A stretch of 64,000 nt of DNA from an uncultured bacterium (lineage in GTDB: Bacteria > Abyssobacteria > SURF-5): contig CAZSKP010000018.1 in assembly GCA_964607485.1 (NCBI GenBank), positions 1 to 64,000 on the forward strand, read 5' to 3'. Of this stretch, positions 1 to 9,567 are shown piece by piece. Under the pieces are notes generated by a model. It searched no databases. It worked only from the letters and a program-made list of their open reading frames with translations, and was not told where the DNA came from. Both the position numbers and the translations under genes were made by a program. Position 1 is the first letter of the stretch. Every line of letters begins with the position of its first letter.

Positions 1-90
1 GGTCGCCTGTCTCCAGTTCACAGGGGCGCGTGCTCCGAAGGACGCGCTCTGCCAGTACACACCTCCGGCGCCGGAGCGCCAGGCTTTCCA

Positions 91-224
91 ATTTCGGATT
101 TTGGATTGCGGATTGGAAAGATTTATCCACGAAGAGCACGAAGGATCACGAAGGGCAAAGAGCGAAGGGCGAAGGACGAAGACCGGAAACCAAGTTCTCT
201 GAGACCTCTGTGACCTCTGTGGCA
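91..224. repeat. Cluster of short periodic repeats (7-mers ATTTCGG/ATTTTGG/ATTGCGG and GGGCAAA/GAGCGAA/GGGCGAA/GGACGAA; 9-mer-like CACGAAG x3 and CTCTG(A/T)G x3)
   Basis: Read directly from the intergenic sequence; the 9-mer arms resemble the periodic arms flanking the GxxExxY gene at 20613-21099. Confidence 0.7.
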
Positions 225-262
225 AGTAGTCTCTTCTAACATTGATACATCTTCAGGCGGAT

Positions 263-1942
263 TTACTGTCCTTTGGCCGCGAGGGCATCGGGGAGGGAGA
301 GGGTGAAGCAGCTTCCTTTGCCCGGCTCGCTTTCGAGACGGATGCTGCCGCCGAGCGCCTCGACCGCCATCTTGCAGAAGGCCAGCCCCAGCCCCGTGTC
401 GGTCTTGTGGCCCAATTCTCTCAGCCCGGCCTGGCAGAATTTCTCGAAAATCTTCTGATGGAATTCCTCAGGGATGCCTTCTCCGAAATCGCGGACCGAC
501 AGTGAGACGCCGCCGTCGCCCGCCTCGGGGACGACCGTGACGATTATCTCGCCTCCGGGGTGGGAATGCTTGATGGCGTTGGAGATGATGTTGGACAGGA
601 TGCGGTCGAGCAGCCGTTTGTCGGAAACGATGCTGCGCGCGGCCGCGTCGACCGAGACGCGGATGGTTTTTCCCTCGTTCTTCGTTGTTGCCGCATAGCG
701 CTCGACGGTGCGGTTGATGAGGTCCGTCGCGTCAAGGCTGGCCTTATTGATTTGAATCCCGCCGCTTTCGAGCTTGGAGATTTCCAGCAGGTTGGTGATC
801 ATCTCTGAGAGCTTGAACTGGTTGCGCTTGGCCATCTGGAGGTATTCGTTCTGTTCCTCGGTGAGGTTCGATTCTGCATCGAGCATAATCATGTCGAGCC
901 CCATCATGGTGTTTGAGACGGGATTTTTCATGTCGTGCACGACCATATTGATGAGGTCTTCCTTCACCGCCTCCAATTCCACCAGCTTGCGGTTGGTCTC
1001 GCGCATCTCCTCGTTGACGGCCCTGAGGATGTTCATCTTCAGATTCTCTTCGTAGAGGCGGATGTTGTCGATTGCGATTCCGGCGGAATTGGCCACCATG
1101 GTCAGGAGCTGCAGGTGTTCTTCGGAAAAATGCGCAGCTACCCCTCGATGGTCCACGTATATGATGCCGAGCTTCTCGTGCCTGCCTCGAATCGGAACGC
1201 ACATGGCCGACTTGATGTGGCCCTCCATGATGCTTTGCTTGGTGGGAAAGCGTTTGTCTTCGGGGGCGTTCGACGTGATGATCGATTCTTCCTTTTCGAG
1301 CACGTGCCGGGCGATGGTGTGGCTGAACGCAACCTCCGATGAGTCGTCGGGACCCTCCTCCTTCTTCTTCGTGGCGACAAGCTGGAGCTCGGCGCTCTCA
1401 TTGTCAACGAGCATGATGTAGCCCCGGTCGGCGTCGAACAGCGGGAAAATGATATCGAGAATCTTCCCCGCAAGCTCCTTTATGTCGAAGATGGACGAGA
1501 TGATGCTGTTTATTTCGTAAACCCGCTTGAGGTTTTCGTGGGCCTGGCGAAGCGCCGCCATGCTCTTGGGCGAAGGGGTTTCCGGGGTGAAACCGCTGAT
1601 GATCTCCTTCGAATCCCTCCGCTTCATCGCGATTTCTTCGGCTTCCTCGGGAACGGCGGCGGCGAAGTACCTCATGCGCGTCTTCCCGACCACTATCTCG
1701 TCCTTGTCGCGCAGGCGTTTCCGGTGAACTTTGACACCGTTCACGTATGTTCCGTTGACGGAGCCGGAGTCTTCGACGAAATACGAGCGATTCAGGTAAG
1801 AAATGACTGCATGGAAAGAAGAGACGGTTTCGTCTTGTACAGCGATGTCATTCTGAGGAGCGCGTCCAATCGTGAGCCGCGTGGTTTGCACAGGACGCAT
1901 GGCGTCTTTATCAGGACCGGACTCAAATCTTATGAAAGGCAT
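263..1942 (-). CDS. FHA-GAF sensor histidine kinase (cytoplasmic)
   Basis: FHA motifs TIGR..VSSFHA..GSVNGT; GAF (SAMCVPI..GIIYVD); H-box VHDMKNP; N-box NIISNAIK; G boxes DFGEGI and GLGL. Confidence 0.9.
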   Translation of the reverse strand: MPFIRFESGPDKDAMRPVQTTRLTIGRAPQNDIAVQDETVSSFHAVISYLNRSYFVEDSGSVNGTYVNGVKVHRKRLRDKDEIVVGKTRMRYFAAAVPEEAEEIAMKRRDSKEIISGFTPETPSPKSMAALRQAHENLKRVYEINSIISSIFDIKELAGKILDIIFPLFDADRGYIMLVDNESAELQLVATKKKEEGPDDSSEVAFSHTIARHVLEKEESIITSNAPEDKRFPTKQSIMEGHIKSAMCVPIRGRHEKLGIIYVDHRGVAAHFSEEHLQLLTMVANSAGIAIDNIRLYEENLKMNILRAVNEEMRETNRKLVELEAVKEDLINMVVHDMKNPVSNTMMGLDMIMLDAESNLTEEQNEYLQMAKRNQFKLSEMITNLLEISKLESGGIQINKASLDATDLINRTVERYAATTKNEGKTIRVSVDAAARSIVSDKRLLDRILSNIISNAIKHSHPGGEIIVTVVPEAGDGGVSLSVRDFGEGIPEEFHQKIFEKFCQAGLRELGHKTDTGLGLAFCKMAVEALGGSIRLESEPGKGSCFTLSLPDALAAKGQ

Positions 1943-1989
1943 GTCGCTTCCCTGGAGGTCGAGAGGAGCAGGTCTGTATCTCGAAACAG

Positions 1990-2019
1990 ATTATACACCG
2001 AGAGGCTGGAGAATGGCAA
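1990..2019 (-). promoter_or_regulatory. Putative sigma70 promoter for the FHA-GAF kinase
   Basis: TTGCCA-N18-TATAAT on the minus strand upstream of the start codon. Confidence 0.55.
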
Positions 2020-2028
2020 CCGTGTCTC

Positions 2029-3519
2029 TTAAGCGCCCGCGTGGGCATGCCGGTACTTGCGCGACGCCGCGTATTCGTAAAGCCTCGCGTAATCTGCGGC
2101 CGACGCGTCCCATGAAAAGTCGGCGGCCATTCCGTTGCGCATGATGCGAAGCCAGTCGTCTTTGCGATTCCAGTAATAGTGGAGCGCCCGCGAAACGGCG
2201 CCGGCAAAGGCGTCGGGGGTTGGGTCGAAGAATTTGAATCCGTTGCCCGTTCCCGCGCCGGGGTCATATTCTGCGACCGTGTCGTCCAGTCCGCCTGTGG
2301 CTCGGACTACGGGAACAGTGCCGTAACGCAGGCTGAACATCTGGTTGAGGCCGCACGGTTCATACAGAGAGGGCATCAAGAATATGTCGGCGCCAGCTTC
2401 CACCTGGTGCACGACGGCGGGCTCGTACGATATATCGTCGCCCACTATCGCCGAAAACTTTCCGGCGAACCGGTGAGACAGGCGGCGCGCTTCCTCCTCC
2501 GCCACGGGATGGCCCGCGCCCACCAGCACGAACTGTACGTCCACATGCTCCAGGGCGTCGATTGCGGCTTGAATCAGATGAATCCCCTTCTGCTCGCTCA
2601 ATCGCATGACCGCCGCTATCAGCGGGACATCGTCTCTCACGGCGAATCCCAGTTGCGATTGGAGATGGCGCTTGCAGGCCGCCTTTCCGGAAAGGTCCCG
2701 CGCGTCGTATCTCTGGACGAGATAGGGGTCGGTGGCGGGATTCCACTCGTTCATATCGATGCCGTTGAGAATACCGAACACGTCTTGCGCGCGCCGTCGG
2801 AAGACATCCTCGAGCCCGTTGCCGGCGGGAGCGCTCTTGATCTCTTCGCTGTACCGGGGACTGACGGTGGTGATGGCATCCGAGAACAGCACGCCGCCTT
2901 TCAGGAAATTTATCCCGTCGCCGTGCCTGAGACCCAGATAAGGGTCGGCCAGTTCCGGCGGCAGCCCCGTCTCCCAGAATTTCTCCAGCCCAAAGCGTCC
3001 CTGGTAGCCTGCATTGTGAACGGTGAACACCGTCGCGACCGGCGGCTTGCCGGCGAGAAAAGGAGCGGCCGCGTGCAGCAGCACGGGCACCAGCGCGGTG
3101 TGCCAGTCGTGGCAGTGAACGACATCGGGCCAGAAATCCAGCCGGCGGCACAATTCCAGTACCGCGCGCGAGAAAAATATGAAGCGCTCGGCATTATCCG
3201 AGTAGTCCCACCCGTTCTCCTGATACGGATGCGGCCTGTCGAAATAGCGAGAATTGCCGATGAAATAAACCGAAGTCTCGCGGCGGCATTGCCACAGTTC
3301 GGCCCACTCGACGCGCCCGTTCATCGGGACTTCCGCGCCCAAGCCCGTCGGGACGATGTCGTGAGCGGAGGTGTCGATGCAATTGTATTTGGGAAGCACG
3401 ACGAACACCTCCGCCCTGCCCGACCGTTGCAGGGCCTTGGGCAACGAACCGATGACATCCGCCAGACCGCCCGTTTTCACAAATGGAGCGGCCTCGGACG
3501 CCGCAAATAGCACCTTCAT
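2029..3519 (-). CDS. glgA: Glycogen synthase (GT5)
   Basis: KTGGLADV ADP-glucose-binding motif, HCHDWHT, FTVHN, PSLYEPCGLNQM, RATGGL. Confidence 0.95.
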   Translation of the reverse strand: MKVLFAASEAAPFVKTGGLADVIGSLPKALQRSGRAEVFVVLPKYNCIDTSAHDIVPTGLGAEVPMNGRVEWAELWQCRRETSVYFIGNSRYFDRPHPYQENGWDYSDNAERFIFFSRAVLELCRRLDFWPDVVHCHDWHTALVPVLLHAAAPFLAGKPPVATVFTVHNAGYQGRFGLEKFWETGLPPELADPYLGLRHGDGINFLKGGVLFSDAITTVSPRYSEEIKSAPAGNGLEDVFRRRAQDVFGILNGIDMNEWNPATDPYLVQRYDARDLSGKAACKRHLQSQLGFAVRDDVPLIAAVMRLSEQKGIHLIQAAIDALEHVDVQFVLVGAGHPVAEEEARRLSHRFAGKFSAIVGDDISYEPAVVHQVEAGADIFLMPSLYEPCGLNQMFSLRYGTVPVVRATGGLDDTVAEYDPGAGTGNGFKFFDPTPDAFAGAVSRALHYYWNRKDDWLRIMRNGMAADFSWDASAADYARLYEYAASRKYRHAHAGA

Positions 3520-3585
3520 TTCAAACCTCCAGAAGCGGTTGTTCCACGTCGGCGGCGAATTTCCGGAAGCAAAAGCACCGCATGT

Positions 3586-4425
3586 TTATTCTCCCTTGTT
3601 CCGAATCGTCTTCTTGGTGATGCCCAGTCCGAACACCCTGTTCGCCGTCTTCCAACAGACGTCCTCAGCATGCTCGCGACCGAGAGAGCGAACGGCCTGC
3701 ACGCGCGCAAAGTATTTCTCTTCGGGGAAAATGCGGTCGCTCCCGAACATGAGCCGTCCTCCGCCCACCTGCTCCACCAGATAGCGCAGCACCCCCGGCT
3801 CGCGTGTGCCTTCGGCCTCGGGCAGTTGCAGTCCTTCAAGCTCCACGAAGGCGTTCTTCCACAGGTTTACGAGAAGCGGAATCGCTCCCACCTGGCCTCC
3901 ACCGGCGTGCAGGCAAACGAGCTTAAGGTCCGGAAAAAGCGAGCAGAGCTTGCCGAAATACATCACATGGCTCAGCTCTTCCATGCGCGCGTCCCCGCCC
4001 ATGTGGAACTGAATCGCCAGCTTGTGCTCCTCGCAAAAGCGATACAACGGGAAAAATTCCTTTTGCATGGGATGCTGGCCGAGATAGGGATACACTGTCT
4101 TGACGCACCTGACCAGCCGCGGATGCTTCTCGACCGCCTTGCGGAGGCGTCGAAGCGACTCCTTGGGATTGCGCGAATCGTACACATGCGCGACAAAGAT
4201 TCTGCCGGGATGCTTCTCGGCGTATTCCGCGAAAATGTCCAGCTCACCGGCGGTGACGACCAACGATGAATCCACGCCGGCGTGTTCCATATCCGACAGA
4301 AGGCTCTCAAGCGGCTCTTTCAACTCAGCGGCCGGAAATTCCTTAAAAATGGCCGCCAGGCCGACACGAAAGAACTCATCTCGTATGCTGAACGGCACAC
4401 AATGAACGTGGGCGTCAATTATCAT
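3586..4425 (-). CDS. Amidohydrolase_2 family metal-dependent hydrolase
   Basis: IIDAHVH, QFHMG, LHAGG and LMFGSD motifs; start chosen at MIIDAH after a GGAAGG RBS. Confidence 0.85.
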   Translation of the reverse strand: MIIDAHVHCVPFSIRDEFFRVGLAAIFKEFPAAELKEPLESLLSDMEHAGVDSSLVVTAGELDIFAEYAEKHPGRIFVAHVYDSRNPKESLRRLRKAVEKHPRLVRCVKTVYPYLGQHPMQKEFFPLYRFCEEHKLAIQFHMGGDARMEELSHVMYFGKLCSLFPDLKLVCLHAGGGQVGAIPLLVNLWKNAFVELEGLQLPEAEGTREPGVLRYLVEQVGGGRLMFGSDRIFPEEKYFARVQAVRSLGREHAEDVCWKTANRVFGLGITKKTIRNKGE

Positions 4426-4466
4426 TTCGTCAATCTTCCTTCCGCGCTCCGTGGCGCGGCCGCTCG

Positions 4467-5216
4467 TCACTGGCCGGCGGTGTAGGTGACGTAACCTTCA
4501 TAGATCTCATCGCTATCGTTCAGCGGCCACCTCTCGGGGCAGCGATACGCGTGAACCACGTGCCAGCCCTGAATTATGTGGGAGCCGCGGGGAGCCCACA
4601 GACGGCCTCGAAACCTGCGGGGCAACGGCATCTGCTGGAGCAGCCGCCACTTTTCTCCCGCAAACCGCAAGAGGTCGTTGTACTCATAGATTCTGATGGA
4701 CCTGAACTCGTTGTCGTAGCCGTACCATTCCACGAAGCGAGGATCTTCTGTCGGAGTATAGGCCATCGCGTCCGTATTGTCTATGGCCCAATGCGCGCAG
4801 ACGGCCAGAACGGAACCCGTCCAATCCGTGTACTCCACTTCCCACGACACGACTTCCTCGACGTACGTATCGCTGTAATGGACGCTTCCATTCTGGCGTA
4901 CTTCGAAAAAGTGGTGCAGCAGGAACCTGTCTGAGTGCAGGCCGAACTGACCGTTGGAAAGCCCCTCGGGAATCTTTATGATCTTTTCACGCATTCCCGC
5001 CGGAAGCGGCCACACGCTCTTCGTTTCTCCCCGGCCTTCGTGAGGAGAGACGCGGCCTTTCCCCTCAATCCTCTCCGCATACGTGGACATAGTCCGCACC
5101 TGGTGGAACCGCTCCCAATCCGGGGCCGAGTCGTGCGGTCCCCAGACGTAGTGTATTTTCACCTCGGATATGTCAGGCGAGGGATCGTGCCAATTTTTCT
5201 TCAAATACCAGAACAT
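4467..5216 (-). CDS. Hypothetical Trp/Tyr-rich protein (~249 aa)
   Basis: Strong RBS AGGAGG before the ATG at 5216; first gene of an apparent operon with the amidohydrolase and glgA; no family recognised. Confidence 0.75.
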   Translation of the reverse strand: MFWYLKKNWHDPSPDISEVKIHYVWGPHDSAPDWERFHQVRTMSTYAERIEGKGRVSPHEGRGETKSVWPLPAGMREKIIKIPEGLSNGQFGLHSDRFLLHHFFEVRQNGSVHYSDTYVEEVVSWEVEYTDWTGSVLAVCAHWAIDNTDAMAYTPTEDPRFVEWYGYDNEFRSIRIYEYNDLLRFAGEKWRLLQQMPLPRRFRGRLWAPRGSHIIQGWHVVHAYRCPERWPLNDSDEIYEGYVTYTAGQ

Positions 5217-5664
5217 CTTTTTAACCTCCTCTTTATGAGTGAGAATGCGGTCTTGTCCCTTCACATTCTCCATTATTCGGACGGTCGGGGATTCCTCTTC
5301 GAACTCCAGCGCGCGAAAACTGTCGAACAGAATAGGAACGGCTTTCGGGCTGTTCGGCGGTGTAGTGTCAGAAGGACTCGATTCTATTTTGTGGTTTGAC
5401 GAAACAGAATCGAGCGTGTGATTTGGTTTATCGCTCTCCTCTAAGAGTCGAACGGCGGATGAACGGCGAATTCGCGCGTCTTTGTCTTTCGATTTTAAGA
5501 ATAAATATGCACCCTTACTCCCGGTTTCGCAAGCCCCCCTGAAAGCTTCTTGTTCATAAAGCTTTGCGTCTGCCCGCCGGCGTTGCGCGGCTGGGAACGC
5601 CGAAGCGATTTGGCGGACCCGCATGCCCGGCTTGAGGCCGGGATGGCGGCGACGGGTAGTCGGC

Positions 5665-5693
5665 TTGACATGGTGAGTCATTTTTGGTAGCTT
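5665..5693 (+). promoter_or_regulatory. Putative sigma70 promoter of the aminotransferase-serA operon
   Basis: TTGACA-N17-TAGCTT. Confidence 0.6.
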
Positions 5694-5771
5694 ATCTTGA
5701 CTTCACTGCGAGATTTCAGCCAAACCAGTCGATTATTTTCCGACCTGAGACTGCCTGAAGAAGGAGCGTAC

Positions 5772-6905
5772 ATGAAAAAGTATTTGTTGATGGCGCCGGG
5801 GCCTACCTCGCTTCCGCCCCAGGTGCTTCTCGCGATGGCCAAACCGGTCATCCATCACAGGACCGAGGAATTCAAGGCCATCCTCAAAGAGATAAATGAA
5901 GGCCTGCAATACATTTTCCGAACCTCCTATCCCGTCCTGATGTTCTCGGCGTCGGGCACGGGCGCGATGGAGGCCGCCGTGGTCAACACGCTGTCGCGGG
6001 GCGACAGGGCCTTGGTCGTGAGAGGAGGCAAATTCGGCGAGCGCTGGGGCGAATTGTGCGAGGCTTACGGAATAGAGGCGCAGGTGCTCGACGTGGAATG
6101 GGGGCGCGCGGTGCAGCCCTCAGAAGTCGAAGCGGCTCTCAAGAAGGATGCCGACATCAAGGCCGTATTCACTACCCTTTGCGAAACAAGCACTTGCGTG
6201 CGGACTGACATCGAGGCGCTCGGCAAAGTCGTTGCTAAGCACCGGGCCGTGCTCGTGGTCGACGCCATCAGCGGGCTCTGCGCCGACGAGCTCAGGACCG
6301 ACGACTGGGCGGTGGACATCGTGGTCGCGGGCTCGCAAAAGGGACTGATGCTCCCGCCGGGGCTGTCGTTCGTAAGCGTGAGCCCCAAGGCCCGCGAAAT
6401 GTTCAAGAAATCGAATCTGCCCAAATACTACCTTTCCTTCGAGAAGGCCCTGAAGAGCTTGGCCAAGACGGACACTCCCTTCACCTCGGCCATATCGCTC
6501 ATCTACGGCCTGAGGGAGTCCATAGCGCTCCTCAGGGGAGAGGGGCTGGACAACGTCATCAGCCGCCACGCGCGCCTCGCGAAGGCGACCAGGGAAGCCG
6601 TCCGCGCCCTTGGGCTCGAGCTTCTCTCAAAGGCTCCCTCCAACGTCGCGACGGCGATCCTGATGCCCCCGGGGATAGACGGAGACGCGCTGCGGAAGAG
6701 GCTCAGCAGCGATCACAACATAACTGTTGCGGGCGGGCAGGAGAAGCTCAAGGGGAGGATCATACGCCTCGCGCATCTGGGCTATTGCGAGGAATCTGAT
6801 GTGATAACCGCGGTTTCGGCTCTCGAGATGGTCCTGAACCGGCTCGGACACACATGCAAGCCGGGCGCTGGAGTGGCCGCGGCGGAAAAAGTGTTTTCGG
6901 AGTGA
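5772..6905 (+). CDS. Class V PLP aminotransferase (alanine-glyoxylate/serine-pyruvate family; probably acts as the phosphoserine aminotransferase)
   Basis: LMAPGPT, SGTGAME, VDAISG, GSQKGLMLPPG (PLP lysine); RBS AAGGAG; directly upstream of serA. Confidence 0.9.
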   Translation: MKKYLLMAPGPTSLPPQVLLAMAKPVIHHRTEEFKAILKEINEGLQYIFRTSYPVLMFSASGTGAMEAAVVNTLSRGDRALVVRGGKFGERWGELCEAYGIEAQVLDVEWGRAVQPSEVEAALKKDADIKAVFTTLCETSTCVRTDIEALGKVVAKHRAVLVVDAISGLCADELRTDDWAVDIVVAGSQKGLMLPPGLSFVSVSPKAREMFKKSNLPKYYLSFEKALKSLAKTDTPFTSAISLIYGLRESIALLRGEGLDNVISRHARLAKATREAVRALGLELLSKAPSNVATAILMPPGIDGDALRKRLSSDHNITVAGGQEKLKGRIIRLAHLGYCEESDVITAVSALEMVLNRLGHTCKPGAGVAAAEKVFSE

Positions 6906-6917
6906 AACGACAAAAAA

Positions 6918-8507
6918 ATGAAGAAGATGAAAATCTTGATAAGCGACCCCCTCGCGGAGCAGGGGCTCGAAGTCATCAAACGGCAGAATGATCTTGTGGC
7001 CGACGTGAAGGTAAAGCTTCCGCCCGACGAGCTCATCAAGAGCATTCCCGCCTACGATGCGCTCATCGTGCGGAGCGAGACGAAGGTGACCGAAAAGGTC
7101 ATAGAGGCAGGCAAAAATCTCAAAGTCATAGGACGCGCAGGCGTGGGGCTGGACAACATTGACGTTCGGGCGGCGACCAAGCGGGGTGTCGTCGTCCTCA
7201 ACGCGCCCGGCGGAAACACGATCTCGACCGCCGAACACACGATATCCATGATGCTCGCCTTGGCCCGCAATATTCCACAGGCCTGCGCCTCATTGAGAAG
7301 CCGCAAGTGGGACCGAAAAAGCTTCACGGGCGCCGAGGTGTACGGCAAGACCCTCGGCATAATCGGCCTGGGAAGAATCGGGAGCGAAGTCGCGCGGCGG
7401 GCGTATGCGCTCGGGATGAAGCTGCTCGGGTACGACCCGATCCTCTCGCCCGAGAGGGCCCGGTCGATCAACGTCGAGCCGACCGAGCTGGATACGCTGA
7501 TAAAGAACTCCGATTTCATCACCCTGCACGTTCCTCTGACCGAACAGACGAAGAATCTGCTCTCGGCGCAACGATTCAAAACGATGAAGCCGGACGTGCG
7601 CATCATAAACTGCTCGCGTGGAGGAGTCGTCGATGAGGCGGCCCTGTGCAAAGCCATAAAATCGGGGAAAGTCGCGGGCGCCGCACTGGACGTTTTCGAA
7701 AACGAGCCGCCGCTGGACAGCCCGCTGCTCGAACTCGACTCGGTCGTTGTGACGCCCCATCTGGGCGCATCGACCGAAGAGGCGCAGGTCAACGTGGCGC
7801 GCGAGGTCGCCGACCAGGTGGTCCGGGCGCTGCGGGGCGAGCCGGTTCCGTATGCCGTCAACGTTCCCACGATCGACCCGGAAGTGTATAAAGAACTCAA
7901 GCCGTATCTCGACCTGGCGGAAAAGCTGGGGCGGTTCCAAGCGCAATATCCCTCCGAAAACGTGCGCGAGTTGGTCGTCGAGGTGTTCGGAGACATAGAG
8001 CAGTTCGACGTGAGACCGGTCAGGACCGCCGTGATAAAAGGCTTCCTGGAAATCTTCCTGCACGAGAACGTCAACTATGTGAACGCGCCCCTGCTGATGG
8101 CGGACCGGAAGATAGCGGTGACCGAGCGCAAGGGAAAGATGCTGCGCGATTACGCCAACCTGATAACGGTTCGCGCGATCACCGACAAGGGAGAATGTTC
8201 CGTCGCCGGGACACTGTTCAGCCTCACCACCCCGCGGATAGTCCGCCTGAACGAGTTTTACATCGATGCCTGGCCCGAGGGAGTTGTGCTCATCTGTTTG
8301 AACGAGGACAAGCCCGGCATCATCGGCAACCTCGGAACCCTGATGGCCGAAAACGGCATCAACATCGGCGCGATGACTCTCGGCAGAACGCGCCGGGGCG
8401 GGAAGGCTGCGACGATCCTGAACCTGGACGCGGAACTCACGGGCGACGCCATCAAACAGGTCAAGAAGATCAAACACATCAACGACGCGAGAGTCGTGAA
8501 GCTTTGA
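6918..8507 (+). CDS. serA: D-3-phosphoglycerate dehydrogenase (long form with ASB and ACT domains)
   Basis: GRAGVGLDNID, GLGRIG, TPHLGASTEEAQ, C-terminal DKPGIIG ACT domain. Confidence 0.95.
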   Translation: MKKMKILISDPLAEQGLEVIKRQNDLVADVKVKLPPDELIKSIPAYDALIVRSETKVTEKVIEAGKNLKVIGRAGVGLDNIDVRAATKRGVVVLNAPGGNTISTAEHTISMMLALARNIPQACASLRSRKWDRKSFTGAEVYGKTLGIIGLGRIGSEVARRAYALGMKLLGYDPILSPERARSINVEPTELDTLIKNSDFITLHVPLTEQTKNLLSAQRFKTMKPDVRIINCSRGGVVDEAALCKAIKSGKVAGAALDVFENEPPLDSPLLELDSVVVTPHLGASTEEAQVNVAREVADQVVRALRGEPVPYAVNVPTIDPEVYKELKPYLDLAEKLGRFQAQYPSENVRELVVEVFGDIEQFDVRPVRTAVIKGFLEIFLHENVNYVNAPLLMADRKIAVTERKGKMLRDYANLITVRAITDKGECSVAGTLFSLTTPRIVRLNEFYIDAWPEGVVLICLNEDKPGIIGNLGTLMAENGINIGAMTLGRTRRGGKAATILNLDAELTGDAIKQVKKIKHINDARVVKL

Positions 8508-8559
8508 CGGAGCGGACGGGCTGAATCCTGCCCGGGAGGACGAATTTCACGCCTTGGGC

Positions 8560-9552
8560 ATGAACTCCAAGAAAGTTCTCGTGACCGGCGGAGCCGGCTA
8601 TATAGGAAGCCATACCGTCAAAGAGCTCCTGCGTCGCGGCTACGACACCGTAACCCTCGACAACCTTTCGACCGGACACGCAGAGCTTGTGCGGGGCGGC
8701 GAGTTCGTCCGGGCCGACCTCAGAGACATCGACGCGCTGCGACAAACATTCTCGAAGTATCCCATCGACGCCGTCATACATTTTGCCGCATCATGTTACG
8801 TGGGCGAATCGGTCGAGAAACCGATGAAGTATTACGAGAACAACGTCCTGTGCGGGCTGAACCTGCTGGCCGCAATGGTAGAGCGGAAAACCAGGTTCAT
8901 CATTTTTTCGTCCACGGCCGCCGTGTACGGGAATCCCGTCGAGATACCCATCACCGAGGAACACACTCAGATTCCGATAAATCCCTACGGTCAGACGAAA
9001 TCGCTCTTCGAGGACATCCTTCGCAGCCACGAGCGCGTCCACGGCATTCGTCACGTAAGCCTGCGCTACTTCAACGCGGCCGGAGCCGACCCCGAAGGTG
9101 AGATAGGAGAAACGCACGACCCGGAGACCCATCTCATTCCGCTTGCGCTGGATGCCGCAATCGGCCACGTGCCGCAGCTTGAAATATTCGGTTCCGACTA
9201 CGCAACGCCCGACGGCACATGCATCCGGGATTACATCCATGTGTCCGACCTCGCCGACGCGCACATCCGTTGCCTCGAGTATCTGCGTGACGGAGGCGCG
9301 AGCAACGCATACAACCTTGGGACCGGCCGGGGCCATTCCGTCAAAGAGATAGTGGACGCGGCCGAACGCCGGACCGGCCGCGCGATACCCCGCGTCAATT
9401 CGCCCCGTCGGGCGGGCGACCCGCCGGAACTCGTTGCGAGCGCGGAAAAGATCAAGCGTGAAATGGGTTGGACGCCGAGGCATTCCGCTCTCGACGAGAT
9501 ACTCGCAACAGCATGGGAATGGCAGAAAAAGTTGCGCGGATACAAGGAATAG
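8560..9552 (+). CDS. galE: UDP-glucose 4-epimerase
   Basis: VTGGAGYIGSH, FSSTAAVYG, YGQTK, LRYFNAAGA, DGTCIRDYIHV. Confidence 0.95.
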   Translation: MNSKKVLVTGGAGYIGSHTVKELLRRGYDTVTLDNLSTGHAELVRGGEFVRADLRDIDALRQTFSKYPIDAVIHFAASCYVGESVEKPMKYYENNVLCGLNLLAAMVERKTRFIIFSSTAAVYGNPVEIPITEEHTQIPINPYGQTKSLFEDILRSHERVHGIRHVSLRYFNAAGADPEGEIGETHDPETHLIPLALDAAIGHVPQLEIFGSDYATPDGTCIRDYIHVSDLADAHIRCLEYLRDGGASNAYNLGTGRGHSVKEIVDAAERRTGRAIPRVNSPRRAGDPPELVASAEKIKREMGWTPRHSALDEILATAWEWQKKLRGYKE

Positions 9553-9567
9553 CCGCGGAGACACAGA

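Noticed and set aside
5530-5600. GACGCAAAGC on the minus strand, resembling part of a c-di-GMP-I riboswitch
   Set aside because: The GCAAAC and GNRA-capped P2 stem and the receptor stem are not present.
5217-5681. N-terminal 155-aa extension of the ORF at 4467..5681
   Set aside because: It has non-coding character, overlaps the divergent promoter, and a strong RBS marks the ATG at 5216.
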